From Squalus acanthias (taxonomy: Eukaryota), in assembly GCA_030390025.1 (NCBI GenBank), contig CM059431.1, positions 132,682,001 through 132,746,000 of the forward strand: DNA of 64,000 bases, given 5' to 3'. The position numbers and the translations under genes were made by a program. This document shows positions 1-12,596 of this stretch, one piece after another; the first letter of the stretch is position 1; every line of letters begins with the position of its first letter. The notes under the pieces are model-generated. The model ran no database searches. It saw only the letters and a program-made list of their open reading frames with translations, and was not told the DNA's origin.

Positions 1-1389
1 TTGTGTGTGTGTGTGTAGTAAGGCTACATGCATAATTAGGAAATATTCCGCTAGTTTTATTTTTATTTATCAAAATTGGGGTCTGATTAAAAAAGTTTGG
101 ATGGGCCATGAAAATGTAGGTAATGTGACCAAACAGTTTTGATAAAATTAGGATTAGAATCTCAATTTGTGGTTAATCTTTTCTGATTCTGCACTTACCA
201 GCCCACAATTACCTGCCCATTAAAATTAATTGGCAGAAAATCATGGACTGGCTGGGACAGAAGCAGAAAACCTGGCCTATGTCTTCTACCTATACCAAGT
301 TTTCAGATTCTTCAGGCCTTTTATTCCAACTACCAAGGTTTCCTATATTCCCTCACTGCTACTGAATTTTATCAATGGGATCAGAGAAAATCAGTGCTGG
401 GTATAAGCTAAGCAAGGTAGCAGGCAAAGAGAATCAATATTACAAAAAGAGAGTGGAAAAACATGAAATACAAACAAATTTAGTTTAACGTTAAACAAAA
501 AACTTCTTAAATTGGTATTTTAATTTCTTCAGTTCTCAAAATTGGCGCCATAAACCTTGGATTAAAATCTTTTCATCATTCCAGTTTCACTGTTCCCATG
601 CTTCTCTGGGTGCATTCTCGATATATACAAGAAAACCATCCAGAAAGTTCAGGGAAATAATCCATAGTACATGGTTACTCTGGTGTGTACTCGCACTTCT
701 ATATTTAGAAGATCCAGGGAGGTTTAAATTACAATATGCAGTAAGCTTTAACGATGTGTTTAATTTGCAATTATTTACTATAGGTAATTGCAGTATTTTA
801 AAGCTGTACAACTCCCAGAAATATATATTTAGCAGAAAAAATAGAGCAACTGAAAAATAATTGTTTTGAAAATTTAAGGATCAAAAGTAATTTGATTTAT
901 TTGTGGTTTGTATTATTGTGCCTGGACCAGTCAAATGAAAACTTAACTGATACCTTGGAACTGGGAAGAATTTAAATGTTTTTGAGTTGAATATCTAATC
1001 TTCAACATCTAAACACTTCCACCCTATCAGCCAGCTCATATCTACCCCATGAGAAAAGGTTTTCTTGCATTCAGATCATAGCCCTGGATTAACACTGTGA
1101 GAACAATAACATTGTGCACTTATATAGTGTACTTTAATGTAACAAATATCCGAGGCACTTCACGGAGGAGAATCAGACCCCGAGTAATAATAGAGAAAAT
1201 GACCAAAAGCTCGATCGAAGAGATAGGTTGGACGAGGCTTTTGAGGGTGTGGTGGGATGTAGCTTTAATTCCTAATTTTTATTTCCTTTATTTGCTCCTT
1301 CCAGGTTCGCACTTTAGCATAGTATTCCCCAATTCCATCAATCTCCAGCCCATTGTCTGATGTGTCATGATATGTTCTCGGGTTCCAAG

Positions 1390-3420
1390 TTTTTAAAAAT
1401 GTATTAACAGGCGAGGCCAGCATTTATTGCCCATCCCTAATTGCCATTGAGGAGGTGGTGGACCTTATAGAATCATAGAATAGTACAGCACAGAAGGAGG
1501 CCAGTCAGCCCAGCGAGTCTGCGCCTGCTCTTTCGAAGAGCAATCCAGTTAGTCCCACTCCTGCGCTCTCTCCCCATATCCCTGCAATTTTTTTCTCCTT
1601 CAAGTATTTATCCAATTCCCTGTTGAAGGCTACTATTGAATCTGTTTCCACCACCCGATCAGGCAGTGCATTCCAATCCTAACCACTCGTTATGTAAAAA
1701 AAAAAAATCCTCATGTCGCCTCTGGTTCTTTTGCCAATCACCTTGAATCTGTGCCCTCTCGTTCGACCCTTCGGCCATTGGAAACAGTTCCTCTTTATTT
1801 AATCCATCTAAATCCTTCATAATTTTTAAACACCTCTATCAAATTTCCTCTTAGCCTTCTTTGCTCCAAGGAGAACAACCCCAGCTTCTCTAGTGTATCC
1901 ATACAACTGTATTCCCTCATGCCTGGAACCATTCTAGTAAATCTCTTCTGTACCCTCTCCAAAGCCTTCATGTCCTTTCTAAAGTGTGGTGCCCAGAATT
2001 GGACACAATACTCCAGCTGGGGCCGAACTAGTGTTTTATACAGGTTTAGCATAAGTTCCTGGCTTTTGTACTCTATGCCTCTATTTATAAAGCCCAGGAC
2101 CCATATGCTTTATTAACTGCTTTATTAGCCTGTCGTGCCACCTTCAAAGATTTGTGCATAAGCACCCCCAGGTGTCTTTGTTCTTCCACCCCATTTAAAA
2201 TTGTACCATTTAGTGTGTATGGTCTCTGCTCATTCTTCTTACCAAAATGTATCACCTCACACACTTCTCTGTATTGAATTTAATCTGCCATGTGTCCACA
2301 CATTCCACTAGCCTGTCTGTCCTCTTGAAGTCTACTACCATCTTCCTCACTGTTTACTACACTTACAAGTATCGTGTCATCTGCAATTTTTGAAATTGTG
2401 CCCTGTACCTCCAAGTCCAAGTCATTAATGTATATCAAAAACAGCAGTGGTTCTAGTATTGAAGCTTGGGGAATGCCACTGTATACCTCCCTCCAGTCCG
2501 AAAAACAGCCATTCACCACAACCCTCTGTTTTGTATCCCTGCCTTCTTGAACCGCTGCAGTCCATTTGGTGAAGGTACTCCCACAGTGCTGTTAGGGAGG
2601 GAGTTCCAGGATTTTGACCCAGCGACGATGAAGGAACAGTGATCTATTTCCAATCAAGATGGTGTGTGACTTGGAGGGGAACATGGAGGTGGTGGTGTTC
2701 CCATGCGCCTGCTGCCCTTGTCTTTCTAGGTGGTAGAGGTCGTGGGTTTGGGAGGTGCTGTTGAAGAAGCCTTGGCGAGTTGCTGCAGTGCATCTTGTAG
2801 ATGGTACACACTGCAGCCACGGTGCACTGGTGGTTGAGGGAGTGAATTTTTAAGGTGGTGGATGGGGTGCCAATTGGGCTGTTTTGTCCTGGATGGTGTC
2901 AAGCTTCTTGAGTGTTGGAGCTGCACTCATCCAGGCAAGTGGAGAGTATTCCATCACACTCCTGACTTGTGCCTTGCAGATGGTGGAAAGGCTTTGGGGA
3001 GTCAGGAGGTGAGTCAGTTGCTGCAGAATACCCAGCTTCTGACCTGCTCTTGTAGCCACGTTATTTATGTGACTGATCCAGTTAAGTTTCTGGTCAATGG
3101 TGACACCCCCCCGCCCCGCCCCAGGATGTTGATGGTGGGGGATTCGACAATGATAGCACCATTGAATGTCAAGGAGAGGTGGTTAGACTCTCTGTTGTTG
3201 GAGATAGTCATTGCCTGACACTTGTGTGGTGAGAATGTTACTTGCCACTTATCAACCCAAGCCTGAATGTTGTCTAGTTCTTGCTGCATGCGGGCACAGA
3301 TCGCTTCATTATCTGAAGAGTTGCAAATGGAACCGAACACTGTCATCAGCGAACATCCCCACTTCTGACCTTATGATGGAGGGAAGGTCATTGATGAAGC
3401 AGCTGAAGATGGTTGGGCCT
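1390..3420 (-). mobile_element. 3' fragment of a second CR1-group LINE family (called LINE-X here), with its tail split by a CR1
   Basis: Decayed RT C-terminus (QAWVDKWQVTFSPHKCQAM; LTPQSLSTICKAQVRSVMEYSPLAW). Tail ggcaattagggatgggcaataaatgctggcc on the minus strand at about 1390-1465, continuing at about 2541. Confidence 0.8.
1468..2540 (-). mobile_element. CR1 LINE 3' fragment inserted into the LINE-X tail
   Basis: [23 protein letters not shown] and GIPQ...YINDLD...ADD motifs; (ttctatga)n-type 3' tail at about 1468. Confidence 0.9.
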
Positions 3421-6400
3421 CATAAGAATATAAGAAATAGGAGCGGGAGTAGGCCATTTGGCCCTTCGAGCCTGCTCCACCATTCAATGAGATCATGGCT
3501 GATCTTCTACCTCAACTCCACTTTCCCGCACTATTCCCATATCCCTTGATTCCCTTAATATCCCAAAATGTATCGATCTCTGTCTTGAATATACTCAACG
3601 ACTGAGCATCCACAGCTCTCTGGCGTAGAGAATTCCAAAAATTCACAACCCTTTGAATGAAGAAATCGCTCCTCATCTCAGTCCTAAATGGCCAACCCCT
3701 TATTCTGAGACTCTGACCGCTAGGTCTAGACACCATAGCGAGGGAAACATCCTCCCAGCATCTACCCTGTCAAGCCCTGTAAGAATTTTGTATGTTTCAA
3801 TGAGATCACCTCTCATTCTTCTAAATTCTGGGTAATATAGGCATAGTCTCCTCAATCTCTCTTCAAAGGACAATCCCCCACCTCCCATCCCAGGAATCAG
3901 TCTGGTGAACCTTCGTTGCACTCCCTCCAAGGCAAGTATATCCTTCCTTAGGTAAGGAGACCAAGACTGTACACAGTACTCCAGGTGTGGTCTCACCAAG
4001 GTCCTATATAGTTGCAGTAAGACGACTTTACTCTTGTACTCCAATCCTTTTGCAATAAAGGCTAACGTATCATTTGCTTTCCTAGTTGCTTGCTGTACCT
4101 GCATGTTAAATTTCAGTGATTTGTATACAAGCACACCCTGGCTCCCTATGAATACCAACATTTCCCAATCGCTCACCATTTAAAAAAATATTCTGTTTTT
4201 CTATTTTTCCTACCAAAGTGGATAACTTCACATTTCTCCACATTATATTCCATCTGCCATGTTCTTGCCCACTCACTTAACCTGTCTATATCCCTTTGCA
4301 GCACCTTTGCATCCTCCTCACAACTTACTTTCCTACCTAGCTTTCTATCATCAGCAAACTTGGATACATTGCACTCGGTCCCCTCGTCTAAGTCATTGAT
4401 ATAGATTGTAAATAGCTGAGGCCCAAGCACTGATCCTTGTGGTACCCCACTAGTTACAGCCTGCCAATCCGAAAATGACCTGTTTATTCCTACTCTCTGT
4501 TTTCTGACCTTTAACCAATCCTCAACCTATGCTAATATATTACCCCCAACCCCATGAGCCCTAATTTTGTGTATTAATCTCGTGTGGCACCTTATCGAAT
4601 GCTTTCTGAATATCCAAATACACGACATCCACTGGTTCCCCCTTATCTACCCTGCTAGTTACGACTTCAAAAAACTCTAATAGATTTGCCAAACACTATT
4701 TCACTTTCATAAATCTGTGTTGACTCTGCCCACTCATATGATTTTCTAAGTGCCCTGTTACCACGTCCCTAATAATAGATTCTAGCATTTTCCCTACTAC
4801 TGATGTCAGACTAACTGCTCTATAGTTCGCTGTTCTTTCTCTCCTTTTTTGAACAGTGGGGTTACATTTTTACCTTCCAATCCTTGGGAACTGTTCTAGA
4901 GTCTAGGGAATTTTGGAAGATGACAACCAATGCATCCACTATCTCTATAGCCACCTCTTTCAAAACCCTAGGATGTAGGCCATCAGGTCCAGGGTATTTA
5001 TCGGCTTTCAGTCCCTTAATTTCTCCAGTACTATTTTACTAATACTAATATCATTCAGTTCCTCATTCTCGCTAGACCCTTGGTTCTCCACTATTTCTGG
5101 GAAGTTTTTTTGTATCTTCCATGAAGACAGACACCTAGGGCTCGATTTTAATTGCCGAGGCGGATTGGAGTCGGGTTGCGTGGTGGGCGGGTTCCGGAGC
5201 CGCTTCCGGCGGGATCAGCTGCTGATGTCTGATTTTGATTCAATGAGCTTGTTGATTTCAATGAGGCGCGCTGGCCGGTCCAATGAGTGCGATCGGGTCG
5301 GCTGGCCGCCTCTGATGATGTCATCGTAGCTGCTGCTTTTAAAGCTGCCATTCAGCCTAAGCCTTTCTCTTGTGGATTCCTGGACTCATTGAAATTGATT
5401 TTTATGCAATGACTTCTTCCCGAGGCAAGGCAGCTCCTCGTTTTAATGATGACTGCCTCCATGTTCTTGTGGATGCTGTCTGAGGGCGCTGGGAGATTCT
5501 CTTCCCTACTGATGGCCGGAGGAAGCCTCCTCAGCAGACCAAGGCAGCCTAGCTGCGCATTGCTGAGGAGGTCAGCGCACGGTCCATATATGCCGAAAAA
5601 GGTTTAATGATCTTGTGCGAACATCAAAAGTGAGTATCCCATCACACTTGCCTTCAATCTGCCTCCCTTCTCTTCTCATCACCAGCACTCTGCGTTGTAA
5701 GCCCTCCTTCACATCCCACCTTACCCTTACTTCCCTTTCACCCTTACCTATCCATCTCTGTCTCTGCACTGAATCACTTCAGCATCCTGCCTATGCACCC
5801 CTTAGACTCGCTCTCACTGTCATGCAGTGACAACAACTAACAACGTACAGGGAGCTAGCTTCCTCTTGGCACCTTATCCCATCTTCGTCTCCCTCAAAGC
5901 TTCTATGGTAGGGATTATTGACCCTCACTCCATCACTGTGGCTGAAACACCGCTTATGTCCCTCCTTGCAGGAAAAGATAGCCCACAATAAGAGGGAGAG
6001 CTGAGCTGCATGCAGACGCTGTGCCTCTGGGGCCATCCAGAAAAAGAGCATCTCAGGGAAATACAGGAACAAGTGCAGGTGTCTCTGGAAGGGTTTGCCT
6101 CCAAGGTTAGTGCGAGTGTGGAGAGAATGGAGGAGTCCATCTGTAACATCAGCACTGCCGTGGTGGAGGCAGTGGTGTATGAACGCACCATCACGGATAG
6201 GATGGCAACCTCCATGGAAAACCTCAGTGGAAAGGATGGCTACGGCGCCAGAGTCAGGAAAACATGGTGACTGTTCAAAATAGAATGTCATCTTTGGAGG
6301 AGCGATGGGCAGCTATTGAGCAGAGAGACCAGGGCTTCATGGATGTCCTTTTGATGAGGACTGCCAGTGCAAATACGGGTCCTCATGGTCTCCCTGAAGT

Positions 6401-7960
6401 GCAGCAAGGTGCTCTCCAGCCACTTGCCAGCACTGAGGTGCGGCTGACCCATGAGAGGGATATTGTTGGCAGGACAGAAGGAAGTGTGGGCTCCTCTCAA
6501 AGCGCTCACACGACCATGCCACTGCGGAGCCCTCGGTCAGAGACCCACTTTGCGGAGACAACTGAGATGGCCGTTTCAGCCCCTGCACAGCCGCAGGAAG
6601 AGCAGACTGTTGAAGAGCCCAAACCCAGAGGACACCAGCCAAAGGCGTCTAAGCAGGCGCAGCATCCTAGTCAGCAAGGTGCCTCTACATCTGCGGAAGC
6701 ACCACGTAGAAGCACGTATAAGAGAAAGATTAAGCACCTATAGTCACAAGACGAGTCACTTGGGTGATTTATCTTTTTTTTCTGACTGTTGCTGGTTTAT
6801 TATCCTTTTGTGATGTTTAAAAGAAAAATTATGTCAAACAGTTGATTGTGTGGCCTATGTGTTATGGGGAATGGCAAAAGCACATTGAGGGCTCGGGGCG
6901 ACTTTCTTTTGTAATGCTGATGATAAAAGTGATAGGAAATAACAGCGTATAGCAGAGATGATGTATGACGTTGGACAGGTGTCGCCTGCAATTACAGAGC
7001 TATATGGTAGCCACCTATGGTTGAAGAGTAAGCTTATGCTAATGTGGCATGGCAGTGTGCATACCCTGCTTGACGGGCAGCAGTGAACTGGAGGGATGCT
7101 GCATTGATCACAACAGGGCATGCAAGGCGCCCCTTGTCCTTCTCCTACTCCTCTTCCCAGGAAGATCTGCGCTGATTATGAGGACCAGAATGAGAGGGCA
7201 CAAATGTTTCCCATCCCCTTGCTATAGTTTCATTTGAGGCAACAAGCTTGCAAGCGCACAGTCGAAGTGGCCTGAAATTATTCCATTCATGTCACACTGC
7301 AGATGGGTGTCAGCTTGAACAGTCACAAGGTCAGTAGATGTGCAAAATCTTATCCCATACCTACAACAGCAAAGTTGTTGCATTTGAATGTCAGCCATGT
7401 TTCAGGGGCACTTTTAAAGCACTCCACCAATGCATACAAATCATGTCCTCCAGCAACTCATCTCCTTGAACCTGGCCTGTTTTTGACAAGTCGGGAAACA
7501 GGAGCCAGAAGCACAAAAATGGGAAACCACTATGAAAATAGGATTAGCAAGGCAGTTAACAGGCTCTTAACTGCCTGTCCCACCGGTTCTAGTTGGGTCA
7601 GTTTGGGAGCGGCTGAACAGACACTCATGAAAATCGGGTGGGGGCGGGTTGGGTGTCTGAAGTCATTTTTCCGATTTTCGCTACAGACCCGCCTCTTCAG
7701 GGCTATTAAAATCGAGCCCAAAGTATTTGTTTAATTTCTCTGCCATTTCCTTATTCCCCGTTATAATTTCTCCTGTCTCAGCCTGTAAGGGACCTACATT
7801 TACTTTTGCTAATCTTTTCCTTTTTACAAGCTTTTACAGTCTGTTTTTATGTCTCTCGCTAGTTTACTCTCATTCTATTTTCCCTTTCTTTATCAATTTC
7901 TTGGTCCTCCTTTGGTGAATTCTAAAATCCTCCCAATCCTCAGGTTTACTACTCTTTTCT
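3421..7960 (-). mobile_element. CR1 LINE ORF2 fragment interrupted by a Harbinger element
   Basis: [19 protein letters not shown] and HLEYCVQ motifs; ttcttatg tail at 3421. The CR1 sequence stops at 5137 and resumes at 7720. Confidence 0.9.
5138..7719 (+). mobile_element. PIF/Harbinger transposon, non-autonomous, with a decayed Myb/SANT-like gene (+) and a transposase N-terminal remnant (-)
   Basis: Perfect 15-bp TIR GGGCTCGATTTTAAT / ATTAAAATCGAGCCC. From 5409: MTSSRGKAAPRFNDDCLHVLVDAV*GRWEILFPTDGRRKPPQQTKAA*LRIAEEVSARS..CRKRFNDLVRTSK, then a gtgagt donor at 5630, an acceptor at 5971 and EKIAHNKRE. Confidence 0.85.
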
Positions 7961-8061
7961 CTCTTCATTCTTCCTCTCCCAAATGTATTATCTCTCAATT
8001 TTCTGCATTAAATTTTATCTAATGTCTATCTGCCCAGTCTACTAACCTATCTTCTCCTGAG

Positions 8062-8310
8062 CAAGAAAGAACTTGTATTTATATAGCTCCTTTCATCTCC
8101 TCATGATGTCCCAAATAGCTTTGTAGCCAATTAATTACTTTATAAGTGTGCTGACTTGATTTTTAGGCAAATGTGGCAGTCAATTTGTGCACCGCATTGT
8201 CCCACAAACAGCAATGAGATAAATGATCAGTTAATCGGTTCTTGGTGGTGTTAGCCAGGATGTTGGGAGAACTCCCTAGCTCTTCGAATAGCGGTATGAG
8301 ATCATTTAAA
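8062..8310 (-). mobile_element. Deu-domain-type SINE, 3' half
   Basis: cccacaaacagcaatgagat and ttgtatttatatagc segments shared with the full copy at 32860-33295. Confidence 0.7.
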
Positions 8311-8312
8311 TC

Positions 8313-8993
8313 CAGCGTTCACTGTCATTACCCCTCTGAAACTCACCGTAACTTCAGGATTTAGCGCATGCGCAGATAAACGCGGAAATCCTGAAGTTGT
8401 GGTCAGTCATTCCCTGCTTCGCCACAGGCTGCGCTGTGGAACTTTCCACAGTCGGCAATCAGTGAAATCAGTTGAACTGACGAAAACTTAAGCTTTTCCG
8501 ATCTAATTGCGCCATTAAAAATTAAGCTTTGTTGGAATAGGTGCAACTGGGGTTTTAACGGTGTATTGACTGCTGAACAACTGTTCTGGCCCTGAAAAAC
8601 AAATTTTATATTTGTGGAATGTCAAATTTCTCCATTATGATAGAAAATTACTAGATTTGTAAAATAATTTTTTAAAATTTTTTTAAGTTTGTTGATGATA
8701 TTTCAGCTTCTACCTTATGTGTAATCTTTATTTCGCTCTCAAGTGAATTGAATCAGTGCTTTTTAGTTCCTGGTTTTCTGTCTGAAAATTCTTCAGTGTG
8801 ATTGGCTGCTTCGACAGCTTGATGACATCACTACTGCATCACGCTGGGATACCCTATTGACCGCGCTACAATCAATTTATCGTCGAGCAACCTGAAGTTT
8901 TCGCCACCGAGATCGCGAGATCTTTGTCGGCAGCTTTCTTCGTGGTCCACGGCGATCGCCGTCACTTTGGCACTGACCGCAAATTCCGGGCCC
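8313..8993 (-). mobile_element. Harbinger-type MITE, left-truncated; same family as 51692-52469
   Basis: Terminal gaccgcaaattccgggcc; collinear reverse-complement similarity to 51692-52469, including the aacttcaggattt/aaatcctgaagtt hairpin. Confidence 0.75.
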
Positions 8994-9121
8994 ATGTCTC
9001 ATGCATGTTATAAAGGATACCCTGAAGGTCCCTTTAGAAAGGTAGCATTTTACTTTTCACATCAGACCTTTTTGCAGATGATAGAATACTTTTGAAAAGT
9101 AATTTGCACAATTCTAAATCG

Positions 9122-9568
9122 CAAAGTGTAGTGGTTATGTTACTGGACTAGTAATGCAGAGGCCTAGACTAATAATCCAGCGAACAAAAGCATAGCAGTT
9201 TAAGAAATTTAATTCCGTTTTTAAAAATCTGGAAATAAAACCTGGTATCAGTAATATTAACCGTAAAGCTGCCGGATTGTCATTAAAACTAAATTGATTC
9301 ACTAATGTCCTTTAGTAACTGTAACTTTAATGTCCTTTTTACCTGCTGTCCTTACCCGTCTGGCCTATATGTGACTCCAGTCCCACACCAACGTGGTTCG
9401 CTTAACTGCCTTCTGAAGTGGCATATTAAGCCACTCTGTTGTATCAAATTGATACATGCAGCTGTTCAAGAAGAAGGCCCATCACCACCTTCTTGCAACT
9501 AGGGAAGGGCAATAAATGCCAGCCTTGTCAGCGATGAACCACATCCTGAGAATGAGTTTAAAAAATTA
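9122..9568 (+). mobile_element. tRNA-derived SINE (MetaSINE-like central domain, tentative) carrying the LINE-X 3' tail
   Basis: A-box-like gtgtagtggtta head; central cctgctgtccttacccgtctggcctatatgtgactccag; tail gggcaataaatgccagccttgtcagcgatg shared with LINE-X copies. Confidence 0.7.
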
Positions 9569-10588
9569 CATTTTCTAGTGTATTTTTTGAGACTTCCTCA
9601 CCAAAAGTAACCTCACACGATTAACTGTATTTTCAATGGGCCATAATTTGCTGTCAAAATTACGGTGAGGCTAATGGCACTCGCCGTTCTTTATGTGCAA
9701 ATGGTACAGCAGCTTCAGGCAGATGCGTGGTTAAACTCAAATATCCAAAAGTTGCTGCCCGAGTTGCGCTGCTACGCCATTGGCTTCACAAGAATGGCAT
9801 TTCGCTGTCTGGCTCACCATTGAAATGTATTGAATGGCTGAAGTTGCTGTATTTGCACGGTAGATACAAACTAAACTTGCCACAAAAAGATAAGCCTTGT
9901 CCATTTCAATCTAAATACCCTTTTAAGAATTCATAAGTGTCAGCCAACCTCTCTGGCACTGAAAATTAACTGTTACAAGTGTGGCGTCTTATTCCTTCAG
10001 GTTTTAATTGTTGTTGGAGATTTTTTTTTTTAATTTAATTTTTTTTAACTTTTCCTTTCTGTCTCTTTTCTCTCTCTCTCTTAATCCAATCTTTCTTTCC
10101 CCTCTTTATTTCTCTTTCTGTATTGATCTGGTATTGAATTCACCCACTCTAATTTATACTTCCTTCTCTGTTCTTGCGCTGTTAATTTCCCTGTTCACTC
10201 AGGTTCTAGATGCCTAGTTTCTCTCGCTGTGACATAAGAACATAAGAATTGGGAGCAGGAGTAGGCCATACGGCCCCTCGAGCCTGCTTCTCCATTCAAT
10301 AAAATCATGGCTGATCTTCAACCTCAAGTCTATATTCCTGCCCGATCCCCTTAATCCCTTGATTCCCCATGAGTCCAAAAATCTATCTGTCAACCTTGAA
10401 TATACTCAACGACTGAGCATCCACTGCCCTTTGGGGCAGAAAATTCCAAAGATTCACAACCCTCTGAGTGAAGAAATTCCTCCTAAGGGCTGACTCCTTA
10501 TCCTGAGATTATGCCCCCTAGTTCTAGACTTTCCAGCCAGGAGAAGCAGTCTCAGCATCTATCCTATCAATGCCTCTCAGAATCTTTT

Positions 10589-12302
10589 GGGCTAGAACTT
10601 CCCCTGGTTTGCGCCTCCCGTTAGCACCTCTGGGGGGTGATAACGGGGCGCTACTGGCTTTGCGACCAGACGCAGCAAGAGCACCGACACCCGCGAACTT
10701 CCCCTGCAGGTTAGCAGTGGCAGTAAACCCTAACGCCACGATCTCCTGCGCCCCAGAGATAGTGACGTCATCCGGTGCACAGCACCCCGGTACCGCCCTG
10801 GATGCGAACTTGGCTTCCGCTCCCTGCAGCATTGCTGGGCATCAACACCGGCAGCTGCAGGAGGCGTTGTCACTGCAGATGGCTGCTTGGGGAGCGGTAG
10901 TTAAAGGGATTGCCGGTGAGGTAGGTGAAAAATGTTTCATCAAGACTCTGTGCATTTTCCTCTATTTTTCAGGTGCCGTGATTGATCAGCCCTGCACTCT
11001 GTTAGAGTGCTTGGGGCTCATCGGCGCCGTTCAGAGGTGATGGCGGCGATCAGGGGATTTGTGTTCTTGCAGAGCCTGCAGCAATGGCCCTTCCCTTTAA
11101 GAGAGGGAAGGAGCCTCTGATCCCGGCAGCGCTGCACTGGACATTGTGCAGCGCTCTGCCGCTACTGCCCTTCTTGCCTGGTTTAGCGCTCCAAGGGAAG
11201 TGGTAACGCTTGATTTAGAGCTCCGCTTCCCTCCTGCAGTGCTAAACCGGAAGTTCGCATCTGTTAGAATTGGGTAACGCGCGGCGATACTTTTGCCATA
11301 CCCAATTACCCACTATCCCTCAGGGCAGTGTCCTGGGCCCAACCATCTTCAGCTGCTTCATCAATGACCATCCCTCCAACATAAGGTCAGAAATGGGGAT
11401 GTTCACTGATGACTGCACAGTGTTCAGTGCCATTCACAGCTCCTCAGCTAATGAAGCAGTCCATGCCCGCATGCAACAAGATCTGGACGACGTTTAGGCT
11501 TGGGCTGATAAGTGGCAGGTAACATTCGCGCCACAGAAGTGTCAGACAGTGACTATCTGCAACAAGCGAGAGTCTAACCACCGCCCCTTGACATTCAACG
11601 GCATGACCATCGCCAAATCTCCCACCATCAACATCCTGGGGGCCACCATTGACCAGAAACTTAACTGGACCAGCCACATAAATACTGTGGCAATAAGAGC
11701 AGGTCAGAGGCTAGGTATTCTGCGGCGAGTGTCTCACCTCCTGACTCCACAAAGCCTTTCCACCATCTACCAGGCACAAGTAAGGAGTGTGATGGAATAC
11801 TCCCCACTTTCCTGGATGAGTGCAGCTCCAACAACAAGAAGCTCGACAACATCCAGGACAAAGCAGCCTGCTTGATTGGCACCCCATCATCCACCTTAAA
11901 CATTCACTCCCTCCACCACCGGCGTACCGTGGCTGCTGTGTGAACCATCTACAAGATGCACTGCAGCAACTCGCCAAGGCTTCTTTGGCAGCACCTCCCA
12001 AACCCGCGACCTCTTCCACCTAGAAGGACAAGGGAACACCACCACCTCTAAGTTCCCCTCCAAGTCACATATCCTGACTTGGAAATATATCGCCGATCCT
12101 TCATCGTCGCTTGGTTAAAATCCTGGAACTCCCTCCTTAACAGCACTGTGGGTGTACCTTCGCCACACGGACTGCAGCGATTCAAGAAGGCGGCTCACCA
12201 CCACCACCACCTTCTCGAGGGCAATTAGGGATGGGCAATAAATGCTGGCCTTGCCAGCGATGCCTACTTCCCATGAACAAATTAAAAAAAAAATTCTCCC
12301 CC
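10589..12302 (+). mobile_element. GC-rich Harbinger-type MITE, interrupted near its right end by LINE-X
   Basis: Left end GGGCTAGAACTT, same family as the element starting at 63842. Probable right TIR aaattctccccc at 12291-12302, after which the CR1 resumes (tatgtttcaatgag). Confidence 0.65.
11319..12290 (+). mobile_element. LINE-X 3' fragment
   Basis: [22 protein letters not shown] and LTPQSLSTIYQAQVRSVMEYSPLSW; family tail followed by an A-rich end. Confidence 0.85.
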
Positions 12303-12596
12303 TATGTTTCAATGAGATCATCACTCATACTTCTAAACACCAAAGAGTATAGGCTCAATCACTCCTCACAGGTCAACCCTCTCATCCCAGGAAACAATCT
12401 AGTGAACCATTGTTGTACCGCCTCGAAGGCAAATATATCTTTCCTTAGATAAGGAGAGCAAAACTGTGCACAGTACTCCAAGTGTGGTCTCACCAAAGCC
12501 CTGTACAACTGTAGCAAGCCTTCCTTACTCTTGTACTCCAACCCCCTTGTAATAAAGGCCAACATGCCATTTGCCTTCCTAATTGCTTGCTGTACC

